The notes beneath the pieces are model-generated. The model was not told where the DNA came from. It made no database searches and was given only the letters and a program-made list of their open reading frames with translations. The position numbers and the translations under genes are program-made. Source: Auanema rhodensis (Eukaryota; Animalia; Nematoda). Taken from it: a stretch of DNA of 64,000 bases. Location: NCBI GenBank assembly GCA_964057225.1, contig CAXKVF010000074.1, forward strand, positions 895,012 to 959,011, given 5' to 3'. Below, in pieces: positions 1 through 12,314 of this stretch. Numbering within the stretch: position 1 is the stretch's first letter; each line of letters starts with the position of its first letter.

Positions 1-176
1 TGGTGCATGGTAACCATGACTTTGAAATTTACGTGAACTTTAATTTATGCTAATTAAATGTACACGTGATGTGCACTTGGTATGTAACTCGCTTCACGTG
101 AAAGATAAAGAGATGCGTTTTTCAAAATTAGATTCCCCATGTCCATATTAGTCTAAAAACAAAATTTTATTGATAT
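1..176 (+). repeat. Representative 176-bp monomer containing multiple palindromes and inverted repeats
   Basis: CATGGT-A-ACCATG (6-18), TTTAATT-N6-AATTAAA (39-58), TGTACA (59-64), CACGTG (63-68), GTGCAC (71-76), TTCACGTGAA (93-102), TTTT-C-AAAA (119-127), and in the consensus TAAAAA-CAAA-TTTTTA (154-169; this first copy has T164A). Confidence 0.97.
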
Positions 177-3100
177 TGGTTCATGGTAACCATGACTTTG
201 AAATTTACGTGAACTTTAATTTATGCTAATTAAATGTACACGTGATGTGCACTTGGTATGTAACTCGCTTCACGTGAAAGATAAAGAGATACGGTTTTCA
301 AAATTAGATTCCCCATGTCCATATTAGTCTAAAAACAAATTTTTAATGATATTGGTGCATGGTAACCATGACTTTGAAATTTACGTGAACTTTAATTTAT
401 GCTAATTAAATGTACACGTGATGTGCACTTGGTATGTAACTCGCTTCACGTGAAAGATAAAGCGATGCGGTTTTCAAAATTAGATTCCCCATGTCCATAC
501 TAGTCTAAAAACAAATTTTTATTGATATTGGTTCATGGTAACCATGACTTTGAAATTTACGTGAACTTTAATTTATGCTAATTAAATGTACACGTGATGT
601 GCACTTGGTATGTAACTCGCTTCACGTGAAAGATAAAAAGATGCGGTTTTCAAAATTAGATTCCCCATGTCCATATTAGTCTAAAAACAAATTTTTATTG
701 ATATTGGTTCATGGTAACCATGACTTTGAAATTTACGTGAACTTTAATTTATGCTAATTAAATGTACACGTGATGTGCACTTGGTATGTAACTCGCTTCA
801 CGTGAAAGATAAAGAGATGCGGTTTTCAAAATTAGATTCCCCATGTCCATATTAGTCTTAAAACAAATTTTTATTGATATTGGTTCATGGTAACCATGAC
901 TTTGAAATTTAAGTGAACTTTAATTTATGCTAATTAAATGTACACGTGATGTGCACTTGGTATGTAACTCGCTTCACGTGAAAGATAAAGAGATGCGGTT
1001 TTCAAAATTAGATTTCCCATGTCCATATTAGTCTAAAAACAAATTTTTATTGATATTAGTTCATGGTAACCATGACTTTGAAATTTACGTGAACTTTAAT
1101 TTATGCTAATTAAATGTACACGTGATGTGCACTTGGTATGTAACTCGCTTCACGTGAAAGATGAAGAGATGCGGTTTTCAAAATTAGATTCCCCATGTCC
1201 ATATTAGTCTAAAAACAAATTTTTATTGATATTGGTGCATGGTAACCATGACTTTGAAATTTACGTGAACTTTAATTTATGCTAATTAAATGTACACGTG
1301 ATGTGCACTTGGTATGTAACTCGCTTCACGTGAAAGATAAAGAGATGCGGTTTTCAAAATTAGATTCCCCATGTCCATATTAGTCTAAAAACAAATTTTT
1401 ATTGATATTGGTGCATGGTAACCATGACTTTGAAATTTACGTGAACTTTAATTTATGCTAATTAAATGTACACGTGATGTGCACTTGGTATGTAACTCGC
1501 TTCACGTGAAAGATAAAGAGATGCGGTTTTCAAAATTAGATTCCCCATGTCCATATTAGTCTAAAAACAAATTTTTATTGATATTGGTGCATGGTAACCA
1601 TGACTTTGAAATTTACGTGAACTTTAATTTATGCTAATTAAATGTACACGTGATGTGCACTTGGTATGTAACTCGCTTCACGTGAAAGATAGAGATGCGG
1701 TTTTCAAAATTAGATTCCCCATGTCCATATTAGTCTAAAAACAGAATTTTATTGATATTGGTTCATGGTAACCATGACTTTGAAATTTACGTGAACTTTA
1801 ATTTATGCTAATTAAATGTACACGTGATGTGCACTTGGTATGTAACTCGCTTCACGTGAAAGATAAAGAGATACGGTTTTCAAAATTAGATTCCCCATGT
1901 CCATATTAGTCTAAAAACAAATTTTTATTGATATTGGTGCATGGTAACCATGACTTTGAAATTTACGTGAACTTTAATTTATGCTAATTAAATGTACACG
2001 TGATGTGCACTTGGTATGTAACTCGCTTCACGTGAAAGATAAAGAGATGCGGTTTTCAAAATTAGATTCCCCATGTCCATATTAGTCTAAAAACAAATTT
2101 TTATTGATATTGGTTCATGGTAACCATGACTTTGAAATTTACGTGAACTTTAATTTATGCTAATTAAATGTACACGTGATGTGCACTTGGTATGTAACTC
2201 GCTTCACGTGAAAGATAAAGAGATGCGGTTTTCAAAATTAGATTCCCCATGTCCATATTAGTCTAAAAACGAATTTTTATTGATATTGGTTCATGGTAAC
2301 CATGACTTTGAAATTTACGTGAACTTTAATTTATGCTAATTAAATGTACACGTGATGTGCACTTGGTATGTAACTCGCTTCACGTGAAAGATAAAGAGAT
2401 GCGGTTTTCAAAATTAGATTCCCCATGTCCATATTAGTCTTAAAACAAATTTTTATTGATATTGGTTCATGGTAACCATGACTTTGAAATTTACGTGAAC
2501 TTTAATTTATGCTAATTAAATGTACACGTGATGTGCACTTGGTATGTAACTCGCTTCACGTGAAAGATAAAGAGATGCGGTTTTCAAAATTAGATTCCCC
2601 ATGTCCATATTAGTCTAAAAACAAATTTTTATTGATATTAGTTCATGGTAACCATGACTTTGAAATTTACGTGAACTTTAATTTATGCTAATTAAATGTA
2701 CACGTGATGTGCACTTGGTATGTAACTCGCTTCACGTGAAAGATAAAGAGATGCGGTTTTCAAAATTAGATTCCCCATGTCCATATTAGTCTAAAAACAA
2801 ATTTTTATTGATATTGGTTCATGGTAACCATGACTTTGAAATTTACGTGAACTTTAATTTATGCTAATTAAATGTACACGTGATGTGCACTTGGTATGTA
2901 ACTCGCTTCACGTGAAAGATAAAGAGATGCGGTTTTCAAAATTAGATTCCCCATGTCCATATTAGTCTAAAAACAAATTTTTATTGATATTGGTGCATGG
3001 TAACCATGACTTTGAAATTTACGTGAACTTTAATTTATGCTAATTAAATGTACACGTGATGTGCACTTGGTATGTAACTCGCTTCACGTGAAAGATAAAG

Positions 3101-4730
3101 AGATGCGGTTTTCAAAATTAGATTCCCCATGTCCATATTAGTCTAAAAACAAATTTTTATTGATATTGGTGCATGGTAACCATGACTTTGAAATTTACGT
3201 GAACTTTAATTTATGCTAATTAAATGTACACGTGATGTGCACTTGGTATGTAACTCGCTTCACGTGAAAGATAAAGAGATGCGGTTTTCAAAATTAGATT
3301 CCCCATGTCCATATTAGTCTAAAAACAAATTTTTATTAATATTGGTGCATGGTAACCATGACTTTGAAATTTACGTGAACTTTAATTTATGCTAATTAAA
3401 TGTACACGTGATGTGCACTTGGTATGTAACTCGCTTCACGTGAAAGATAAAGAGATGCGGTTTTCAAAATTAGATTCCCCATGTCCATATTAGTCTAAAA
3501 ACAAAATTTTATTGATATTGGTTCATGGTAACCATGACTTTGAAATTTACGTGAACTTTAATTTATGCTAATTAAATGTACACGTGATGTGCACTTGGTA
3601 TGTAACTCGCTTCACGTGAAAGATAAAGAGATACGGTTTTCAAAATTAGATTCCCCATGTCCATATTAGTCTAAAAACAAATTTTTATTGATATTGGTGC
3701 ATGGTAACCATGACTTTGAAATTTACGTGAACTTTAATTTATGCTAATTAAATGTACACGTGATGTGCACTTGGTATGTAACTCGCTTCACGTGAAAGAT
3801 AAAGAGATGCGGTTTTCAAAATTAGATTCCCCATGTCCATACTAGTCTAAAAACAAATTTTTATTGATATTGGTTCATGGTAACCATGACTTTGAAATTT
3901 ACGTGAACTTTAATTTATGCTAATTAAATGTACACGTGATGTGCACTTGGTATGTAACTCGCTTCACGTGAAAGATAAAAAGATGCGGTTTTCAAAATTA
4001 GATTCCCCATGTCCATATTAGTCTAAAAACAAATTTTTATTGATATTGGTTCATGGTAACCATGACTTTGAAATTTACGTGAACTTTAATTTATGCTAAT
4101 TAAATGTACACGTGATGTGCACTTGGTATGTAACTCGCTTCACGTGAAAGATAAAGAGATGCGGTTTTCAAAATTAGATTCCCCATGTCCATATTAGTCT
4201 TAAAACAAATTTTTATTGATATTGGTTCATGGTAACCATGACTTTGAAATTTAAGTGAACTTTAATTTATGCTAATTAAATGTACACGTGATGTGCACTT
4301 GGTATGTAACTCGCTTCACGTGAAAGATAAAGAGATGCGGTTTTCAAAATTAGATTTCCCATGTCCATATTAGTCTAAAAACAAATTTTTATTGATATTA
4401 GTTCATGGTAACCATGACTTTGAAATTTACGTGAACTTTAATTTATGCTAATTAAATGTACACGTGATGTGCACTTGGTATGTAACTCGCTTCACGTGAA
4501 AGATGAAGAGATGCGGTTTTCAAAATTAGATTCCCCATGTCCATATTAGTCTAAAAACAAATTTTTATTGATATTGGTGCATGGTAACCATGACTTTGAA
4601 ATTTACGTGAACTTTAATTTATGCTAATTAAATGTACACGTGATGTGCACTTGGTATGTAACTCGCTTCACGTGAAAGATAAAGAGATGCGGTTTTCAAA
4701 ATTAGATTCCCCATGTCCATATTAGTCTAA
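1..4730 (+). repeat. Duplicated block of ~8 monomers (1-~1400 and 3343-~4730) at a 19-monomer offset
   Basis: The same ordered rare variants recur at offset 3342 (19x176-2): T164A, G115A, T148C (500/3842), G110A (638/3980), A155T (859/4201), C32A (912/4254), C135T (1015/4357), G2A (1058/4400), A107G. Confidence 0.92.
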
Positions 4731-5278
4731 AAACAGAATTTTATTGATATTGGTTCATGGTAACCATGACTTTGAAATTTACGTGAACTTTAATTTATGC
4801 TAATTAAATGTACACGTGATGTGCACTTGGTATGTAACTCGCTTCACGTGAAAGATAAAGAGATACGGTTTTCAAAATTAGATTCCCCATGTCCATATTA
4901 GTCTAAAAACAAATTTTTATTGATATTGGTGCATGGTAACCATGACTTTGAAATTTACGTGAACTTTAATTTATGCTAATTAAATGTACACGTGATGTGC
5001 ACTTGGTATGTAACTCGCTTCACGTGAAAGATAAAGAGATGCGGTTTTCAAAATTAGATTCCCCATGTCCATATTAGTCTAAAAACAGAATTTTATTGAT
5101 ATTGGTTCATGGTAACCATGACTTTGAAATTTACGTGAACTTTAATTTATGCTAATTAAATGTACACGTGATGTGCACTTGGTATGTAACTCGCTTCACG
5201 TGAAAGATAAAGAGATACGGTTTTCAAAATTAGATTCCCCATGTCCATATTAGTCTAAAAACAAATTTTTATTGATAT
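4575..5278 (+). repeat. Tandemly duplicated dimer (2 x 352 bp)
   Basis: A monomer ending ACAGAATTTT (~4735, ~5087) is followed by a G115A monomer (4865, 5217), offset 352. The same dimer also occurs at ~1585-1934. Confidence 0.85.
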
Positions 5279-7040
5279 TGGTGCATGGTAACCATGACTT
5301 TGAAATTTACGTGAACTTTATATTATGCTAATTAAATGTACACGTGATGTGCACTTGGTATGTAACTCGCTTCACGTGAAAGATAAAGAGATGCGGTTTT
5401 CAAAATTAGATTCCCCATGTCCATATTAGTCTAAAAACAACTTTTATTGATATTGGTTCATGGTAACCATGACTTTGAAATTTACGTGAACTTTAATTTA
5501 TGCTAATTAAATGTACACGTGATGTGCACTTGGTATGTAACTCGCTTCACGTGAAAGATAAAGAGATGCGGTTTTCAAAATTAGATTCCCCATGTCCATA
5601 TTAGTCTAAAAACAACTTTTATTGATATTGGTTCATGGTAACCATGACTTTGAAATTTACGTGAACTTTAATTTATGCTAATTAAATGTACACGTGATGT
5701 GCACTTGGTATGTAACTCGCTTCACGTGAAAGATAAAGAGATGCGGTTTTCAAAATTAGATTCCCCATGTCCATATTAGTCTTAAAACAAATTTTTATTG
5801 ATATTGGTTCATGGTAACCATGACTTTGAAATTTACGTGAACTTTAATTTATGCTAATTAAATGTACACGTGATGTGCACTTGGTATGTAACTCGCTTCA
5901 CGTGAAAGATAAAGAGATGCGGTTTTCAAAATTAGATTCCCCATGTCCATATTAGTCTAAAAACAAATTTTTATTGATATTGGTTCATGGTAACCATGAC
6001 TTTGAAATTTACGTGAACTTTAATTTATGCTAATTAAATGTACACGTGATGTGCACTTGGTATGTAACTCGCTTCACGTGAAAGATAAAGAGATACGGTT
6101 TTCAAAATTAGATTCCCCATGTCCATATTAGTCTAAAAACAAATTTTTATTGATATTGGTGCATGGTAACCATGACTTTGAAATTTACGTGAACTTTAAT
6201 TTATGCTAATTAAATGTACACGTGATGTGCACTTGGTATGTAACTCGCTTCACGTGAAAGATAAAGAGATGCGGTTTTCAAAATTAGATTCCCCATGTCC
6301 ATATTAGTCTAAAAACAAATTTTTATTGATATTGGTTCATGGTAACCATGACTTTGAAATTTACGTGAACTTTAATTTATGCTAATTAAATGTACACGTG
6401 ATGTGCACTTGGTATGTAACTCGCTTCACGTGAAAGATAAAGAGATGCGGTTTTCAAAATTAGATTCCCCATGTCCATATTAGTCTAAAAACAACTTTTA
6501 TTGATATTGGTTCATGGTAACCATGACTTTGAAATTTACGTGAACTTTAATTTATGCTAATTAAATGTACACGTGATGTGCACTTGGTATGTAACTCGCT
6601 TCACGTGAAAGATAAAGAGATGCGGTTTTCAAAATTAGATTCCCCATGTCCATATTAGTCTTAAAACAAATTTTTATTGATATTGGTTCATGGTAACCAT
6701 GACTTTGAAATTTACGTGAACTTTAATTTATGCTAATTAAATGTACACGTGATGTGCACTTGGTATGTAACTCGCTTCACGTGAAAGATAAAGAGATGCG
6801 GTTTTCAAAATTAGATTCCCCATGTCCATATTAGTCTAAAAACAAATTTTTATTGATATTAGTTCATGGTAACCATGACTTTGAAATTTACGTGAACTTT
6901 AATTTATGCTAATTAAATGTACACGTGATGTGCACTTGGTATGTAACTCGCTTCACGTGAAAGATAAAGAGATGCGGTTTTCAAAATTAGATTCCCCATG
7001 TCCATATTAGTCTAAAAACAAATTTTTATTGATATTGGTT

Positions 7041-10000
7041 CATGGTAACCATGACTTTGAAATTTACGTGAACTTTAATTTATGCTAATTAAATGTACAC
7101 GTGATGTGCACTTGGTATGTAACTCGCTTCACGTGAAAGATAAAGAGATGCGGTTTTCAAAATTAGATTCCACATGTCCATATTAGTCTAAAAACAAATT
7201 TTTGTTGATATTGGTGCATGGTAACCATGACTTTGAAATTTACGTGAACTTTAATTTATGCTAATTAAATGTACACGTGATGTGCACTTGGTATGTAACT
7301 CGCTTCACGTGAAAGATAAAGAGATGCGGTTTTCAAAATTAGATTCCCCATGTCCATATTAGTCTAAAAACGAATTTTTATTGATATTGGTTCATGGTAA
7401 CCATGACTTTGAAATTTACGTGAACTTTAATTTATGCTAATTAAATGTACACGTGATGTGCACTTGGTATGTAACTCGCTTCACGTGAAAGATAAAGAGA
7501 TGCGGTTTTCAAAATTAGATTCCCCATGTCCATATTAGTCTAAAAACGAATTTTTATTGATATTGGTTCATGGTAACCATGACTTTGAAATTTACGTGAA
7601 CTTTAATTTATGCTAATTAAATGTACACGTGATGTGCACTTGGTATGTAACTCGCTTCACGTGAAAGATAAAGAGATGCGGTTTTCAAAATTAGATTCCC
7701 CATGTCCATATTAGTCTAAAAACAAATTTTTATTGATATTGGTTCATGGTAACCATGACTTTGAAATTTACGTGAACTTTAATTTATGCTAATTAAATGT
7801 ACACGTGATGTGCACTTGGTATGTAACTCGCTTCACGTGAAAGATAAAGAGATGCGGTTTTCAAAATTAGATTCCCCATGTCCATATTAGTCTAAAAACA
7901 AATTTTTATTGATATTGGTGCATGGTAACCATGACTTTGAAATTTACGTGAACTTTAATTTATGCTAATTAAATGTACACGTGATGTGCACTTGGTATGT
8001 AACTCGCTTCACGTGAAAGATAAAGAGATGCGGTTTTCAAAATTAGATTCCCCATGTCCATATTAGTCTAAAAACAAATTTTTATTGATATTGGTTCATG
8101 GTAACCATGACTTTGAAATTTACGTGAACTTTAATTTATGCTAATTAAATGTACACGTGATGTGCACTTGGTATGTAACTCGCTTCACGTGAAAGATAAA
8201 GAGATGCGGTTTTCAAAATTAGATTCCCCATGTCCATATTAGTCTAAAAACAAATTTTTATTGATATTGGTGCATGGTAACCATGACTTTGAAATTTACG
8301 TGAACTTTAATTTATGCTAATTAAATGTACACGTGATGTGCACTTGGTATGTAACTCGCTTCACGTGAAAGATAAAGAGATGCGGTTTTCAAAATTAGAT
8401 TCCCCATGTCCATATTAGTCTAAAAACGAATTTTTATTGATATTGGTTCATGGTAACCATGACTTTGAAATTTACGTGAACTTTAATTTATGCTAATTAA
8501 ATGTACACGTGATGTGCACTTGGTATGTAACTCGCTTCACGTGAAAGATAAAGAGATGCGGTTTTCAAAATTAGATTCCCCATGTCCATATTAGTCTAAA
8601 AACAAATTTTTATTAATATTGGTTCATGGTAACCATGACTTTGAAATTTACGTGAACTTTAATTTATGCTAATTAAATGTACACGTGATGTGCACTTGGT
8701 ATGTAACTCGCTTCACGTGAAAGATAAAGAGATGCGGTTTTCAAAATTAGATTCCCCATGTCCATATTAGTCTAAAAACAAATTTTTATTGATATTGGTG
8801 CATGGTAACCATGACTTTGAAATTTACGTGAACTTTAATTTATGCTAATTAAATGTACACGTGATGTGCACTTGGTATGTAACTCGCTTCACGTGAAAGA
8901 TAAAGAGATGCGGTTTTCAAAATTAGATTCCACATGTCCATATTAGTCTAAAAACAAATTTTTGTTGATATTGGTGCATGGTAACCATGACTTTGAAATT
9001 TACGTGAACTTTAATTTATGCTAATTAAATGTACACGTGATGTGCACTTGGTATGTAACTCGCTTCACGTGAAAGATAAAGAGATGCGGTTTTCAAAATT
9101 AGATTCCCCATGTCCATATTAGTCTAAAAACGAATTTTTATTGATATTGGTTCATGGTAACCATGACTTTGAAATTTACGTGAACTTTAATTTATGCTAA
9201 TTAAATGTACACGTGATGTGCACTTGGTATGTAACTCGCTTCACGTGAAAGATAAAGAGATGCGGTTTTCAAAATTAGATTCCCCATGTCCATATTAGTC
9301 TAAAAACGAATTTTTATTGATATTGGTTCATGGTAACCATGACTTTGAAATTTACGTGAACTTTAATTTATGCTAATTAAATGTACACGTGATGTGCACT
9401 TGGTATGTAACTCGCTTCACGTGAAAGATAAAGAGATGCGGTTTTCAAAATTAGATTCCCCATGTCCATATTAGTCTAAAAACAAATTTTTATTGATATT
9501 GGTTCATGGTAACCATGACTTTGAAATTTACGTGAACTTTAATTTATGCTAATTAAATGTACACGTGATGTGCACTTGGTATGTAACTCGCTTCACGTGA
9601 AAGATAAAGAGATGCGGTTTTCAAAATTAGATTCCCCATGTCCATATTAGTCTAAAAACAAATTTTTATTGATATTGGTGCATGGTAACCATGACTTTGA
9701 AATTTACGTGAACTTTAATTTATGCTAATTAAATGTACACGTGATGTGCACTTGGTATGTAACTCGCTTCACGTGAAAGATAAAGAGATGCGGTTTTCAA
9801 AATTAGATTCCCCATGTCCATATTAGTCTAAAAACAAATTTTTATTGATATTGGTTCATGGTAACCATGACTTTGAAATTTACGTGAACTTTAATTTATG
9901 CTAATTAAATGTACACGTGATGTGCACTTGGTATGTAACTCGCTTCACGTGAAAGATAAAGAGATGCGGTTTTCAAAATTAGATTCCCCATGTCCATATT

Positions 10001-10690
10001 AGTCTAAAAACAAATTTTTATTGATATTGGTGCATGGTAACCATGACTTTGAAATTTACGTGAACTTTAATTTATGCTAATTAAATGTACACGTGATGTG
10101 CACTTGGTATGTAACTCGCTTCACGTGAAAGATAAAGAGATGCGGTTTTCAAAATTAGATTCCCCATGTCCATATTAGTCTAAAAACGAATTTTTATTGA
10201 TATTGGTTCATGGTAACCATGACTTTGAAATTTACGTGAACTTTAATTTATGCTAATTAAATGTACACGTGATGTGCACTTGGTATGTAACTCGCTTCAC
10301 GTGAAAGATAAAGAGATGCGGTTTTCAAAATTAGATTCCCCATGTCCATATTAGTCTAAAAACAAATTTTTATTAATATTGGTTCATGGTAACCATGACT
10401 TTGAAATTTACGTGAACTTTAATTTATGCTAATTAAATGTACACGTGATGTGCACTTGGTATGTAACTCGCTTCACGTGAAAGATAAAGAGATGCGGTTT
10501 TCAAAATTAGATTCCCCATGTCCATATTAGTCTAAAAACAAATTTTTATTGATATTGGTGCATGGTAACCATGACTTTGAAATTTACGTGAACTTTAATT
10601 TATGCTAATTAAATGTACACGTGATGTGCACTTGGTATGTAACTCGCTTCACGTGAAAGATAAAGAGATGCGGTTTTCAAAATTAGATTC
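7041..10690 (+). repeat. Tandem 10-mer higher-order duplication (2 x 1760 bp)
   Basis: CCACATG (7172/8932), TTTGTTG (7204/8964), TATTAAT (8615/10375), the A161G positions and the G/T pattern all repeat at offset 1760. Confidence 0.93.
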
Positions 10691-12314
10691 CCCATGTCCA
10701 TATTAGTCTAAAAACAACTTTTATTGATATTGGTTCATGGTAACCATGACTTTGAAATTTACGTGAACTTTAATTTATGCTAATTAAATGTACACGTGAT
10801 GTGCACTTGGTATGTAACTCGCTTCACGTGAAAGATAAAGAGATGCGGTTTTCAAAATTAGATTCCCCATGTCCATATTAGTCTTAAAACAAATTTTTAT
10901 TGATATTGGTTCATGGTAACCATGACTTTGAAATTTACGTGAACTTTAATTTATGCTAATTAAATGTACACGTGATGTGCACTTGGTATGTAACTCGCTT
11001 CACGTGAAAGATAAAGAGATGCGGTTTTCAAAATTAGATTCCCCATGTCCATATTAGTCTAAAAACAAATTTTTATTGATATTAGTTCATGGTAACCATG
11101 ACTTTGAAATTTACGTGAACTTTAATTTATGCTAATTAAATGTACACGTGATGTGCACTTGGTATGTAACTCGCTTCACGTGAAAGATAAAGAGATGCGG
11201 TTTTCAAAATTAGATTCCCCATGTCCATATTAGTCTAAAAACAAATTTTTATTGATATTGGTTCATGGTAACCATGACTTTGAAATTTACGTGAACTTTA
11301 ATTTATGCTAATTAAATGTACACGTGATGTGCACTTGGTATGTAACTCGCTTCACGTGAAAGATAAAGAGATGCGGTTTTCAAAATTAGATTCCCCATGT
11401 CCATATTAGTCTAAAAACAAATTTTTATTGATATTGGTGCATGGTAACCATGACTTTGAAATTTACGTGAACTTTAATTTATGCTAATTAAATGTACACG
11501 TGATGTGCACTTGGTATGTAACTCGCTTCACGTGAAAGATAAAGAGATGCGGTTTTCAAAATTAGATTCCCCATGTCCATATTAGTCTAAAAACGAATTT
11601 TTATTGATATTGGTTCATGGTAACCATGACTTTGAAATTTACGTGAACTTTAATTTATGCTAATTAAATGTACACGTGATGTGCACTTGGTATGTAACTC
11701 GCTTCACGTGAAAGATAAAGAGATGCGGTTTTCAAAATTAGATTCCCCATGTCCATATTAGTCTAAAAACAAATTTTTATTAATATTGGTTCATGGTAAC
11801 CATGACTTTGAAATTTACGTGAACTTTAATTTATGCTAATTAAATGTACACGTGATGTGCACTTGGTATGTAACTCGCTTCACGTGAAAGATAAAGAGAT
11901 GCGGTTTTCAAAATTAGATTCCCCATGTCCATATTAGTCTAAAAACAAATTTTTATTGATATTGGTGCATGGTAACCATGACTTTGAAATTTACGTGAAC
12001 TTTAATTTATGCTAATTAAATGTACACGTGATGTGCACTTGGTATGTAACTCGCTTCACGTGAAAGATAAAGAGATGCGGTTTTCAAAATTAGATTCCCC
12101 ATGTCCATATTAGTCTAAAAACAAATTTTTATTGATATTGGTTCATGGTAACCATGACTTTGAAATTTACGTGAACTTTAATTTATGCTAATTAAATGTA
12201 CACGTGATGTGCACTTGGTATGTAACTCGCTTCACGTGAAAGATAAAGAGATGCGGTTTTCAAAATTAGATTCCCCATGTCCATATTAGTCTAAAAACAA
12301 ATTTTTATTGATAT

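Noticed and set aside
47-54. POU octamer-like ATGCTAAT (canonical ATGCAAAT in one copy near 56890) and promoter-like AT-rich motifs
   Set aside because: Short motifs are expected by chance in AT-rich DNA, and there is no gene context or supporting evidence.
85-120. CENP-B box
   Set aside because: The required TTCG....A..CGGG core is absent on both strands.
1-176. Tandem 5S rRNA, tRNA, snRNA or spliced-leader gene array
   Set aside because: No recognisable 5S or tRNA sequence, Pol III A/B/C boxes or cloverleaf; 32% GC, and no conserved-gene versus variable-spacer partition. An Rfam search would close this formally.
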